Assembly: GCA_052426225.1 (NCBI GenBank) | Contig: JBNJNM010000021.1 | Coordinates: 3,100,001 to 3,164,000, forward strand | Direction of reading: 5' to 3' | Length of the DNA: 64,000 nucleotides | Origin: Zancudomyces culisetae HAW-14-8 | Taxonomy: Eukaryota; Fungi; Kickxellomycota | Part shown: positions 13,110 through 23,797 of the stretch, one piece after another | How the letters are laid out: every line of letters starts with the position of its first letter | How positions within the stretch are numbered: the first letter of the stretch is position 1 | Translations under genes and position numbers: made by a program | Notes under the pieces: generated by a model | What the model was told of the DNA's origin: nothing | Seen by the model: the letters and a program-made list of their open reading frames with translations, nothing else | The model's database searches: none

Positions 13110-15905
13110 CAGCTCTAAGGTAAAAGCTTAACGAAAACATTAATCTCCGAGTAGTGTTAAAGAAGTTCAGACATTCCTGGGGATGACTGGTTACTACCGC
13201 AAGTTATCAAAAATATGCGGTAATTGCAAACCCGCTGACACAGCTTTTAAAGAAGGGTGTAGTTTGGAAATGGCTGGAGGAGCAAGAGGATGCAATTAAA
13301 AAGATAAAAGTTCTATTATAATGCGCCAGTCTAGTCTCATCCAGTTTGGAGTAAATCTTTTAAAATAACTACGAATGCAGCTGTGTGTGATGTGGGTGCA
13401 ATTTTGTCCCAGGTAATATATGGTAAGGAGTACGTAATTGATTATGCGAGAAGATCAACAAAAAAATTGGAAAAAAACTATTCGAAATTCAACTAGAGGG
13501 GTTAGCGGTAGTATGGGCCGTCAAGAAGTTAAAATACTATGTATATGGTAGAAAGTTTACAATAAAAACGGACCACAAGGCATTATTGAACATGTTTAAT
13601 GAGTGGAATTGAATGGCAGGTTAGCTAGGTGGGCCATGTTTCTCAGAAACTATAACCTTGAAATTTCTGATAAGCTGGGAAGAATAATCCAGCAGTCAAT
13701 TATACAAAGAACGGAGTCCAGGAAAGCGAAGCCACAGATTTAAAGTTTGCGCTCGATTATAACAAGAAGACCTTATTTAACAATATTTATTAGACAATTC
13801 TCTACCTCGAGAAACTACAGAAGAGTTAACCGAAAAGATTAAAAGAAATCTAAAGCTTACAGGATGAATGATGGTGTGGTTTACAAATGGATATAGGGAA
13901 AACTGAAGGAAGATATTAGCGAAGCAGAATGTCAGGAGTTGATAAGAAACGTTCATGAGGAGACACATGAGGGGATAGAGAACACTTGGGTTAGGGTAAG
14001 TAATCAATACTATGCAAGAGGTTTATATAAACAGGTTGCAGAATATGTTAGAACTAGATTTATTTTATTAAATGAACTTAATTTAAGAAAAATATTAACT
14101 TTATTAAACTAAAGAGAATATTTTTCACTGATGTTTTCCACAACGAATTTCGTTGGGTTTATATACTTTTTCGTCAGCATGATTTTCATGTAATAAACCA
14201 AGGTCGCAAGAGCTTGTATATCGAAGAAAAAATATTTTCTTACTTCGATAAACATTCAAGGAGTTTGACCCTTGATTAGTTTCAAGATTTTCAATGTTGG
14301 GGTTTAGTTCAACATTGTGTTGTTTTGGTTTATGTAAAATAAAAACAGTTACTAAAAATCGAATTGGTAATAAATTAATTTCATGATTACCAAAAACAAT
14401 TTATGTAACTTTACTAAAATAGAAATTCAACTTACTAATTTAATTTAACTAAAATAGAAATAAAATTAATTAAAATTAAATTATGGAACTACGTACTATT
14501 CATAACAGAATATGTCAAGAGATGTCACGTATGTCAGGTGTTTAAAGATGGAAGAAGCAGGTAGCATATTTTGATACCAATAATGCCACAAAGCCTTTTG
14601 AAATATTATGTATGGACGTCATCGGTCCTATCAACCCTAATTCAGAATCAGGTAATCGCTACATCCTGACAGCAGTAGATTATTGTACTAAATGGCCAAT
14701 CGCAGTAGCTGTGGACAACATACTAAGTGAAACTATTGTGAACTTCGTAATCAAAAACGCAGTAACTTACTATGGGGTGCCTCAGAAAAAAATCACCGAC
14801 AGAGGATCCAGCTTTGTTAGGAACGTTTCAATCATGTTTTCAAGTGGTTAAAGCTGGATCATAGTCCCACCACCTCGTACCGTCCCCAAAGTAACGGAAA
14901 GGTGGAAAGGCTTAATAAAACATTAGTTAATTTATTGCAAAAGATATGTCGAAAGAATAAAGAAAATTCGGATCGATAACTATTTGAAGGTTTTATTAAT
15001 AATTAGAACAATGAAAAGTAAAAGTGCGGGGTACACATCAGCCGAAATGCTATATGGTACTGAAATGAGTATACCATCAACATGAAACACAAATGGTGTT
15101 ATAAACGATGAGATAGTACAAGTAGAGAATAGATTTAAGTTAATGCAAAGTAACTTACCACAATTAAGAAAAATAGGTGTTCAAAAAAATTAAAGCAAAA
15201 GCGTCGAAAAATGTGCGTTAAAACAAGATGGTTAATCTAAATCATTAGAAGCAGGTGACTAAATTTTGAAGTTAGTCTAATACGAAAGGGGGGGGGGTGT
15301 TGGAAAGCCTTTGTGAAGGTCCCTTCAAATTATAAAGATTTTCTAAAGGCGCCTACCTGATTTCAATTGAGACTGGCAATCTTGATTTAGTAAATGGAGA
15401 TTACAAAAACTATATAATATATCTCGATATATGATACCTGAAGTTATAGCCGATTAAAACCCAAGTTGATAACTTACAAACAAGCATGTCAAAATGAGGG
15501 CATTGTCGCTTGAAGAAGGGAGTGCTGTCGAATAGTGCCTATTTTTAGTAAAATTTTTCATTGTTTGTATAATTTTATATTAATTATCTAGTATTTAAAT
15601 AGTTTAGTTAGTTAAATTAATATTAGTTTTTATAAGATAAAAAAACGTAAGTAGTAAACTACTTATTTTATATCCACCTAAGTAATTCTATTATATTTAT
15701 ATATTTAGGTTTGGTAGGTTTTTGAAAGAGTTTAAATATAGGAGAATTTCAGTTTAGTTTTTAGAAATAAAGAATTCTGTCACACAATATATCTAATAAG
15801 GCTTCTAGGCTTAAAGAGTGTTTAGATAAAGATTCTATTAAGTAATGAAAGATAGTTTATATTGTTATTAGTTTAATATATATAAATAAAGCTATATGTA
15901 TGACA
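13110..15905 (+). pseudogene. Decayed Ty3/Gypsy element E0: RT end, RNase H and integrase remnants plus 3' LTR (about 15526-15905)
   Basis: Broken motifs VKEVQTFLGMTGYYR, LEGLAVVWAVKK, KTDHKA, DVIGPINP...AVDYCTKWP, TDRG and YRPQSNG.VER. Purine tract GAAGAAGGGAG is followed by TGTCG at 15526 and TGACA at 15905. Confidence 0.85.
14046..14507 (-). mobile_element. Solo LTR inserted into the E0 integrase
   Basis: TGTTA...TAACA termini with 5-bp TSD GAATA (14041-14045 and 14508-14512); close copy at 56294-56755. Orientation inferred from TATA-like and AATAAA signals on the minus strand. Confidence 0.88.
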
Positions 15906-15910
15906 ACAAA

Positions 15911-16271
15911 TGTCGTATAATATTTTATACTTTTTAAACATAGTGTATGAAAGTTGAGAAAATTCAAATGAAATACGTAATCATAATTATTTTAGTACTT
16001 GGACTATTTTTCTTGGCTAATTTTGTTAGGTTTGTTTAGTGAGAAATTTCGATAGTAAATTTCGGTTCAAATCTTAACTTTTTTCAAAAATACACATATC
16101 TAAATGTTAGCAGTATTTAGCCATTGATAGATATTATTAAGATCAATTTACGGATAATTGGGCCCATTAATCGAATTTACATGTAGATGTTACGCCACTT
16201 AATCCCTAAAACCCAATATAACTAAATGATTAACGGAAAGTATAATAAACATATAAGTTCGTATAAAATCA
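15911..16271. mobile_element. Probable LTR fragment
   Basis: Starts TGTCGTATAAT, like the LTR at 58920, 5 nt after the E0 LTR end. The right end and TSD are not convincing. Confidence 0.4.
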
Positions 16272-16275
16272 AATG

Positions 16276-16967
16276 TGTCGCATTTTAATATATTTGATCA
16301 AGAGTACGCAAATGAGCCTGAAAATGGAACACTCTGACGAATTTGCAAATACATTTTTGTTTACTTATTTAAAATAAATTCAAATAATTTTGGGCTCAGT
16401 ATGCTATCAATTTTTTATATTCAGCTAGTAGATTAATGATGAATGGAATATGTAATATGAACCATGCATTAGACATTTATCATAATAACAACCAAATAAT
16501 TAATGATACTATACAATAGTTATTTATTCTTATTTGTTTATATCTCGATACGGAATATTACAATAAATAATTAAATAAATTTAAATTATAAAATAAAAGG
16601 TTATAAAATCAATAATGTTTTAAACATTTGGATTGAAACCGAGGGTGACTCCAGGAAGGAGTCATACACTTCTACCAGCATGAGCAGGGGCAGCAGCATG
16701 GATCAGGATGCAGGGGTATTAAGTCCCCGCACCCTTGGTGAGTTGACAGAAAGTGTCCGTCAACTCCAGATCCGTAGGAGCCCGGAGTCAATGTCTGTGA
16801 GTACTATCTCACCGACATTGTATAGGGATAATAGCTCAACTGAGCCTCCCTTGATGACATCACGCTACGGGGTAGCAGTGCATCAATATCCAGTGATTAT
16901 ACCCGAACCGGTATGTCACGTGCAGAGACTAGTATTCAGAACTCTGAGCGTTTTGAAAACTACGACA
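16276..16967 (+). mobile_element. Solo LTR A, diverged relative of the E3 LTR, carrying the LTR-encoded Gag N-terminal segment (ORF 16680-16976)
   Basis: TGTCGCA...TACGACA termini as in E3. The peptide SSMDQ..GVLSPRTLGELTESVRQLQIRRSPE is shared with E3. Followed by CGAC; the left flank (AATG) does not match it. Confidence 0.85.
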
Positions 16968-16971
16968 CGAC

Positions 16972-17433
16972 TGTAGTATTTTTATTATTTGTATACTAGT
17001 GAATATTTATTTATTAAGTTTTATTATATATATAAAGTAATAAGATATTTTAATAATAGTTCGATGCCCTCTTTCAAAAAGTGAAGAAAAGTTGGGGTTT
17101 ATATAGTTTTTCTGTATGTCAACATTGTTTTGAAATCACTAACATGTTCTATTGTTGTTCAAACATGTTTTATTAATTGATGCGTTGTTTATCTTTTCTA
17201 CCCCTACATTTCTTATCATGTTAACAGTTCACTCAAAACAGCATCGTTACCCCGTGTTAACACTCGTGGTTTGGTGTAATTTATCCGCATGATAAATTAC
17301 ACTGATTTATTTTGAAACATATAAATGCGTTAATAATATTAAATGATATTAATACTAATAATTATACAAATGTATGGGGAAAAACCCAGTAGGAAAAAGT
17401 GCCCATACATATACTATAGAAACTAATACGACA
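16972..17433 (-). mobile_element. Solo LTR B
   Basis: TGTAGTATT...AATACGACA terminal inverted repeat flanked by CGAC (16968-16971 and 17434-17437). Orientation inferred from a minus-strand TATA-like box. Confidence 0.85.
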
Positions 17434-17437
17434 CGAC

Positions 17438-20400
17438 TGTCGTATGAGAAATACGATGGAACGATTTATCTACCTATTTTATATTTTATATAATTAGCAG
17501 TATTTTTAGATTGGACTTTTTCTCCCCTCGTGGTTTTTGTTCAACATTCATAATTAGGATAGTTAAATTTAGATTATAGTTAACACAAAATTATAGGACA
17601 TATTTGGGGGTTAATACAATCGCCCACAACTTACTTGAATAAAATAACTCTTAACAACATTTAAAATTAGTTAAATATAGTATAAACATATAAAAAATAA
17701 TACATAATATTATACTACACGAATAGAGAATTATATTAAGAAATAATATTAGAACTAGTAAGTTCTACATCAGTGGCGCTCCCAGCTAGGCCCAATTACT
17801 ATACAATTTTCAAATATTCAATTATTATAGTAAGTTTAAAAAGAAAAAATAAATAAAAATCAAAAAAAAATATAACAAGATTACAGAATATGGAAAGCAT
17901 TTTGAGTTTCGAGGCTACATCAGGAGTTGACCCTGAAGAATGGCTAAAGCAGTTTCGACTAATCGCAAAGTTAAATAAATGGGATGACGAAGACTGGACA
18001 GATTTAGTTCAGCTAAAATTGGGCAAGAGAGAACAAATCTGGTACAAGAAAAATGTTGCAAACTTTAGCAACTGGACAGAGTTCTGTATTGAATTTAAGA
18101 AAAAGTATGTATCAGAGGAGCAAAGTTTTTTGAGTTATGATAAGCTCAAGTGGATATATCAAGAAGATTTCGACTCAATTGATGAGTTGGAATATGAAAT
18201 GGAAAAAGCTCTAGATAAAGTAGGAATTGAAGATGACAATGCAAGATTTAATTGGTTGGTTAGCTCGTTAAAGCCAGAATTCAGAGTTAAAGTCCGAGAA
18301 GAAAAATTAAAAAGTTGGGATGAAGTGATTAGCCTAGTATCAGAATCAGAAATGAAAAGAGAGGAAAACCAGAGTATAAGAAATGTCAATCGTTTCAAAG
18401 ACAACGTAGCCGGCCAGCAATCAGAAAAAACTCCATTAAATACAGCTAGTCCAAGTGAAGGATACACAGCAATGCTGGAGAAAATGGAGGAGTGGAGTCT
18501 AAATCTGTTAAGTAGAGTAGATGAAGCCGTTGAGAAAAGGCTAAGTGAAAACAGAAGAAAAAGATACAATAACAGTTATCCACGTGTAGTTACCTGTTAC
18601 CATTGTCACAAGGAAGGACACAGAAAATTCGAGTGTCCTAAGCTGAAGGAGAACGAGGAGTTAAAGATTGCAAGAAAAAGCAACAACGTTAACTTTTTGG
18701 AAGTAAGTAGGGATAGTTATAATCAAGATGAAATATTGGCAGTACAAAGAAGAGAAACCATTCAGAAACGTACCCCTTATTCAAGAAAAGTACAAAGTGA
18801 GGTAAGGGAGAATACAAAATTAAAAGGAAATTTCAAGGAACCAATGATTGTTGAAGAAGAAACAAAATTAGACTCAGCCGAATCTACCTGCAACCCAGTT
18901 ATAAGTACTACGTTTAGCCAGGTAAAAGAGACAGGACTGGATAGTGACAGCTCTAAGGTATGTACAAAGTCAAAGACAAAGAGTGAAATAAGAATGGCAG
19001 AAGGGATACAACCCTTTTCTTTGAAGGATCAACTGTCAACTTGGTGTCCAACTATAACTTTTCCACAACTAATGAGTGTCGCCCCTGGACTGAATACTGA
19101 AATGGTGAATCTTTGTAAAAAAGCAAAAAAATCAGAGATTAATGAAATAAGATTTGGTCTACCACGAACTACAAACTGTAGGATCATAGTAACCGTTTAC
19201 AATGAGGATATATGGGCGGTAGTAGACACTGGTGCGGCGTGTTCTGTCGCTACGCCAAGATTACTAGAGGCATGGGGATTGGTTGCTGACAAGGAAGATG
19301 ATCAAGTGATCATAACTGCGGATGGGAAGAAGCACTACTCACTGGGCAAAATTAAAGACGTTCCCTTGAAGATCGGAGACCATAGATTCCACGCCAATCT
19401 AACAATCATGCAACGCAAAGACGACAGTTTGATATTGGGAATGGATTGGCTCATTCAGCATCATGCTGAATTGAACATAGGAAAATCTGAACTTAAGCTA
19501 CCATTAGGAAAAGTAGCACTACTAGTAAAATTATATACACGTGAAACACCTGACCACGTTGAGTATGAGGGTGATGAACTATATATGATTATTAAAGAAG
19601 ATACATTGGATGTGAATAATGACAAAAGATATACTGATCCTCGTATTGAGCAATTGAAACAGGAAAATATGGATATTTTTGCTGATGATATAGAACAGTT
19701 AACGCAAACTGACATGGCAGAGCATAGAATAATACTGAAAGATGAAACACCAATAAAGTTGAAGCCATACAGGATACCATACCATCTCTATAACAAAGTA
19801 CGGAACGAATTACAAATTATGGAAGAAAATGGTGTAATATCAAAATGTGTCTCAGAATGGTGTTCACCGGTGGTCACCGTGTGGAAGAAAAATGGGAAGT
19901 TGCGTATCTGTACCGATTACAGAAGACTAAATCAACAAACCAAAAAAGATACGTATCCTCTCCCAACGATTGAAGATATTTTCATGGCAGTAGCTGGATC
20001 AAAAGTATTTACCTCGTTAGATGCTTTGAGCGGATTTTGGCAGATCCGCATGGCCAAAGCCGACCGAGAAAAGACTGCGTTTTCAATTCCAGGTACTGGT
20101 AGCTTTTGCTACAACGTTATGCCATTTGGGCTAACAAACAGTCCGGCGTCATTCCAACGCCTAATGGAAAAAGTTCTGGAACCCGTATTATGGAAAACTG
20201 CCATCGTCTTTGTAGACGACATCATAGTCTACTCAAAATCTGTAGATGAGCATCTTAAACATTTAAGTGAAGTTTTTGAGCTACTTAGAAAAGGAAGAGT
20301 ACAGCTTCATAATGACAAATGTCATCTGGGAATGAAGGAGCTAGAGTATTTAGGACATGTTATAACAACACCTGGTGTAAAAACTAGTTTGAAAAAAGTA

Positions 20401-22684
20401 GAGTCAATAACAAAGGCAAAAGTCCCAACTAACGTTAAAGAATTGCAATCTTTTTTAGGCCTCATTGGATTCTACAGAAAGTACGTAGAAAACTTTTCTA
20501 CTACAGTGGCCCCATTACTAAAGCTATTGAAAAAGGGACACCCATGGACTTGGAATTCAGAATGCGAAACTGCAACTATTCAAATTAAACAAAAGATGTC
20601 ATCAGCCCCAACACTAGCCCACCCAGATTGGGAAAAAGAGTTTATAGTAACAACTGATGCCTCGCTTGAAGGGATTGGTGGCATTTTATCTCAACAATTT
20701 AACGAAGGTGAAAAACCCATTTGCTTTATTAGTCGAATAACGAATAAGCATGAGAAGAATTATTCTATTTCGCATCTTGAAGGTTTAGCAGTTGTTTGGT
20801 GCATTCAGAAATTAAAGTACTATCTGTGGGGAAAGCATTTTACTGTGCGGACAGACCACAAGTCCCTTTTGCAGCTTTTCGATTCCAAGGAGATAACAGG
20901 TAGAGTAGCCCGCTGGGCTATGATCCTGAGAAATTATGATTATACGATTGTGCATTGTAAAGGAAAAAACAATCCAGCAGACATGCTTTCAAGATTGGGA
21001 ACTAAAACTCTGGAAGAAAATAGTGAAATCAGCGTATATTCCTTATCACTTTCAGATTATAACAAAATTAAAAATTTTATTACTAATACAATATATCCTG
21101 AAAATAGTAGTGAACAAGAGCGCAAAAAGTTGCGAAGTAGAGCAGCAAAATACAAGGTTAGTAATGACAGGTTAGTGCGAATACTCAAGGGAAACATAAA
21201 GAAAGTTTTGCATGAGGATGAAATGAGGAATGTAGTTGAAAATATACACAATGAGAGTCACAACGGAATAAGCAACACTTGGGAAAGAATAAAAGATATT
21301 TACACTGGAGAAGGCCTATTTGAAACAGTTAAGAATGTGGTAAAGCAATGTCACGACTGTCAGCTATACAAAGGAAGTCGCGTAAAAAGGAATAACTTAC
21401 ACCCAATCTACACATACAAGCCTTTCAGTATATTCGGCCTTGATGCAGTAGGCCCAATAAGTCCAACATCAAAAGACGGAAATAGGTTTATATTAACCGG
21501 AGTTGATTATTTTACTAGATGGCCGGTGGCACAAGCAGTGGAAAACATTAAATCGGAAACCATAGTAAACTTTATAGTAACTAACATAGTCCAATATTAC
21601 GGAGTCCCAGACCAAATAATAACAGATAGGGGAGCGGGATTCATTAGTGAACATGCTTCAAAAGTCTATGATTTTCTGCAAATAAAACATACCCCCTCCA
21701 CTGCCTATAGACCACAGAGTAATGGGCAGGTGGAGAGATTAAACCAAACTATGAAGAATATCCTGGTAAAACAGTGCCGAAAGAACAAGACTGAGTGGGA
21801 TAAGTATTTATGGAAGACTCTCTTGGCAATACGGACTATGCGAAACAGAAACACAAAATTTAGTCCAGCTGAGCTACTTTATGGTATCAAACTTGCTACT
21901 CCGGCTACGTGGACACCACCACCTGAAATAAGTGACGTAGAACTAGCCATACAAGAGCGGATTGAAGCTATAAAAACTGACATACCAGAATTAAGAAATG
22001 TGGGACTCAATAATAGCAGAGCAGCTAAAGAGAAAGAGCAAGCAGTTTATAACAGAGGAGTAAAACTGAGTGTGTTCAAAGAAGGTGATATAGTACTCAA
22101 ATTAACAGAACAACCTCAAGCAAAGCTCGAAAACATTTGGGAAGGTCCGTATAAGGTAACGCGGAGACTAAACAAGGGAGCATATGTAATAATGGACAGT
22201 GAAGGAAACAGGGATTTGGTGAACGGGGATATGTTAAAACTATACCATTACAGTAAATATATGTTGCCCGAGGTAAGTAACACACTGAAATCCAAGCTAG
22301 GAAGGTTCAGAGAGACTCGACCAATGGGTCCAATCTGGAGGCGGGGTTCTGTCGTATGAGAAATACGATGGAACGATTTATCTACCTATTTTAATTTTAT
22401 ATAATTAGCAGTATTTTTAGATTGGACTTTTTCTCCCCTCGTGGTTTTTGTTCAACATTCATAATTAGGATAGTTTAAATTTAGATTATAATTAACACAA
22501 AATTATAGGACATATTTGGGGGTTAATACAATCGCCCACAACTTACTTGAATAAAATAACTCTTAACAACATTTAAAATTAGTTAAATATAGTATAAACA
22601 TATAAAAAATAATACATAATATTATACTACACGAATAGAGAAATATATTAAGAAATAATATTAGAACTAGTAAGTTCTACATCA
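17438..22684 (+). mobile_element. Full-length Ty3/Gypsy retrotransposon E1 (LTRs 17438-17772 and 22350-22684)
   Basis: 335-bp direct LTRs (TG..CA, about 4 differences), TSD CGAC, PBS TGGCGCTCCCAGCTAGG at 17774-17790 and a purine tract before the 3' LTR. Confidence 0.96.
17890..22359 (+). CDS. E1 Gag-Pol polyprotein (CCHC knuckle, protease, RT, RNase H, integrase)
   Basis: 1489 aa with CYHCHKEGHRKFEC, VDTGA, FVDD, TDAS, the HHCC zinc finger, the D,D35E core and GPY. No chromodomain. The stop codon lies inside the 3' LTR. Confidence 0.96.
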   Translation: MESILSFEATSGVDPEEWLKQFRLIAKLNKWDDEDWTDLVQLKLGKREQIWYKKNVANFSNWTEFCIEFKKKYVSEEQSFLSYDKLKWIYQEDFDSIDELEYEMEKALDKVGIEDDNARFNWLVSSLKPEFRVKVREEKLKSWDEVISLVSESEMKREENQSIRNVNRFKDNVAGQQSEKTPLNTASPSEGYTAMLEKMEEWSLNLLSRVDEAVEKRLSENRRKRYNNSYPRVVTCYHCHKEGHRKFECPKLKENEELKIARKSNNVNFLEVSRDSYNQDEILAVQRRETIQKRTPYSRKVQSEVRENTKLKGNFKEPMIVEEETKLDSAESTCNPVISTTFSQVKETGLDSDSSKVCTKSKTKSEIRMAEGIQPFSLKDQLSTWCPTITFPQLMSVAPGLNTEMVNLCKKAKKSEINEIRFGLPRTTNCRIIVTVYNEDIWAVVDTGAACSVATPRLLEAWGLVADKEDDQVIITADGKKHYSLGKIKDVPLKIGDHRFHANLTIMQRKDDSLILGMDWLIQHHAELNIGKSELKLPLGKVALLVKLYTRETPDHVEYEGDELYMIIKEDTLDVNNDKRYTDPRIEQLKQENMDIFADDIEQLTQTDMAEHRIILKDETPIKLKPYRIPYHLYNKVRNELQIMEENGVISKCVSEWCSPVVTVWKKNGKLRICTDYRRLNQQTKKDTYPLPTIEDIFMAVAGSKVFTSLDALSGFWQIRMAKADREKTAFSIPGTGSFCYNVMPFGLTNSPASFQRLMEKVLEPVLWKTAIVFVDDIIVYSKSVDEHLKHLSEVFELLRKGRVQLHNDKCHLGMKELEYLGHVITTPGVKTSLKKVESITKAKVPTNVKELQSFLGLIGFYRKYVENFSTTVAPLLKLLKKGHPWTWNSECETATIQIKQKMSSAPTLAHPDWEKEFIVTTDASLEGIGGILSQQFNEGEKPICFISRITNKHEKNYSISHLEGLAVVWCIQKLKYYLWGKHFTVRTDHKSLLQLFDSKEITGRVARWAMILRNYDYTIVHCKGKNNPADMLSRLGTKTLEENSEISVYSLSLSDYNKIKNFITNTIYPENSSEQERKKLRSRAAKYKVSNDRLVRILKGNIKKVLHEDEMRNVVENIHNESHNGISNTWERIKDIYTGEGLFETVKNVVKQCHDCQLYKGSRVKRNNLHPIYTYKPFSIFGLDAVGPISPTSKDGNRFILTGVDYFTRWPVAQAVENIKSETIVNFIVTNIVQYYGVPDQIITDRGAGFISEHASKVYDFLQIKHTPSTAYRPQSNGQVERLNQTMKNILVKQCRKNKTEWDKYLWKTLLAIRTMRNRNTKFSPAELLYGIKLATPATWTPPPEISDVELAIQERIEAIKTDIPELRNVGLNNSRAAKEKEQAVYNRGVKLSVFKEGDIVLKLTEQPQAKLENIWEGPYKVTRRLNKGAYVIMDSEGNRDLVNGDMLKLYHYSKYMLPEVSNTLKSKLGRFRETRPMGPIWRRGSVV

Positions 22685-23379
22685 CGACATGTTGTATGCT
22701 TAGTTCTATCCAAGCTAAACTATTGGATAAACAGCATACAGCTTCTCAAACACCGAATAACCACCGTTATCTCGGGTGTTCGAGCTAGTAATCTGGGATT
22801 ACTAGGGTGAAATTATCACCCAAAAAGTGAGTCAATATTAAGTTTTGATTATTTTATTTTAAGTTTCTATTATAAAAAGTTCTAATAAAATAGCTAGTCA
22901 GGTACTAGTATATTACTAGTAACCTCACCACAAGTTTGGTGGTTTTATCTTTTTATTTTTAAAAGTTATTCATTAAATAAAATACAAATTAGCTCTAAAA
23001 TACTTGATTTTACTCTATAAAATTGAAATTTGTGATTTGAGCAAAAACCTACCTAAAACCAAAAAAAAACATAGGTAGTGAAGCGTAACACAATTTTCAA
23101 AGGGTATCAGAAAGGTATCAGAGTCTAATTTTTGGACCAAAATTAATCGTTTTGCACACCAAATTTTAGGAGTTGGGCGTAATTTTACCCAGTTTTATCG
23201 CATTTATTGAAGTAATAAATACATAAAACTAAATTAAATATAAGCTAAAAAGGTAGGGTTGACTGGTTAAATAAAGTAAAACTTTCTCCAGTAACAATCC
23301 CCCTCTATTAGCAGAACTTTTTGTAGGTTTAGTTGCGGAAATTTCCTGAGAACTTTTCTGCAAACTAAAATTACAACAG

Positions 23380-23397
23380 TGGGGGCTCTGCCGGGAA
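23380..23397 (+). promoter_or_regulatory. E2 primer binding site complementary to tRNA-Pro
   Basis: TGGGGGCTCTGCCGGGAA is the exact reverse complement of the last 15 nt plus CCA of the tRNA-Pro at 36655-36726. Confidence 0.95.
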
Positions 23398-23797
23398 ACT
23401 ACTAAAACACTTGGGAAGTCCCGCAATAACCACAATAGTCAGCAATTAAGCTGCTAAAGGATTATTTTATAAGTATTAAAATATATCTGGAGAATTCTGG
23501 GTGAAATACCACAGTTTCTCGGGTGCGAAAGGTAACTAGTCAGCGACTAAAGTTACCGAAAAAATTAATATTAATTAAAAGTTTCACCAGGAGTTTTTCC
23601 TGCAGGAAACATTAATTTTGGGTAGTTATACCTCAGAAAAATTAGCAGAAGGCTAGGAATAATAGTAAATTGGTACTATTCCTTTTGCGGAGATATTTTT
23701 CCGAGAAAACTCCCAATTAAAAATATAAAAAGTTAAAAGTTCCGAACAAGTTACGGGAAGAACTATTATTAAAGTAGTTAGTTTATACTACTAAAAA

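Noticed and set aside
15911-16967. A single 1057-bp LTR with perfect TGTCGTA/TACGACA ends
   Set aside because: Homology spacing to the E3 LTR places the start of LTR A at 16276, and no TSD supports the longer unit.
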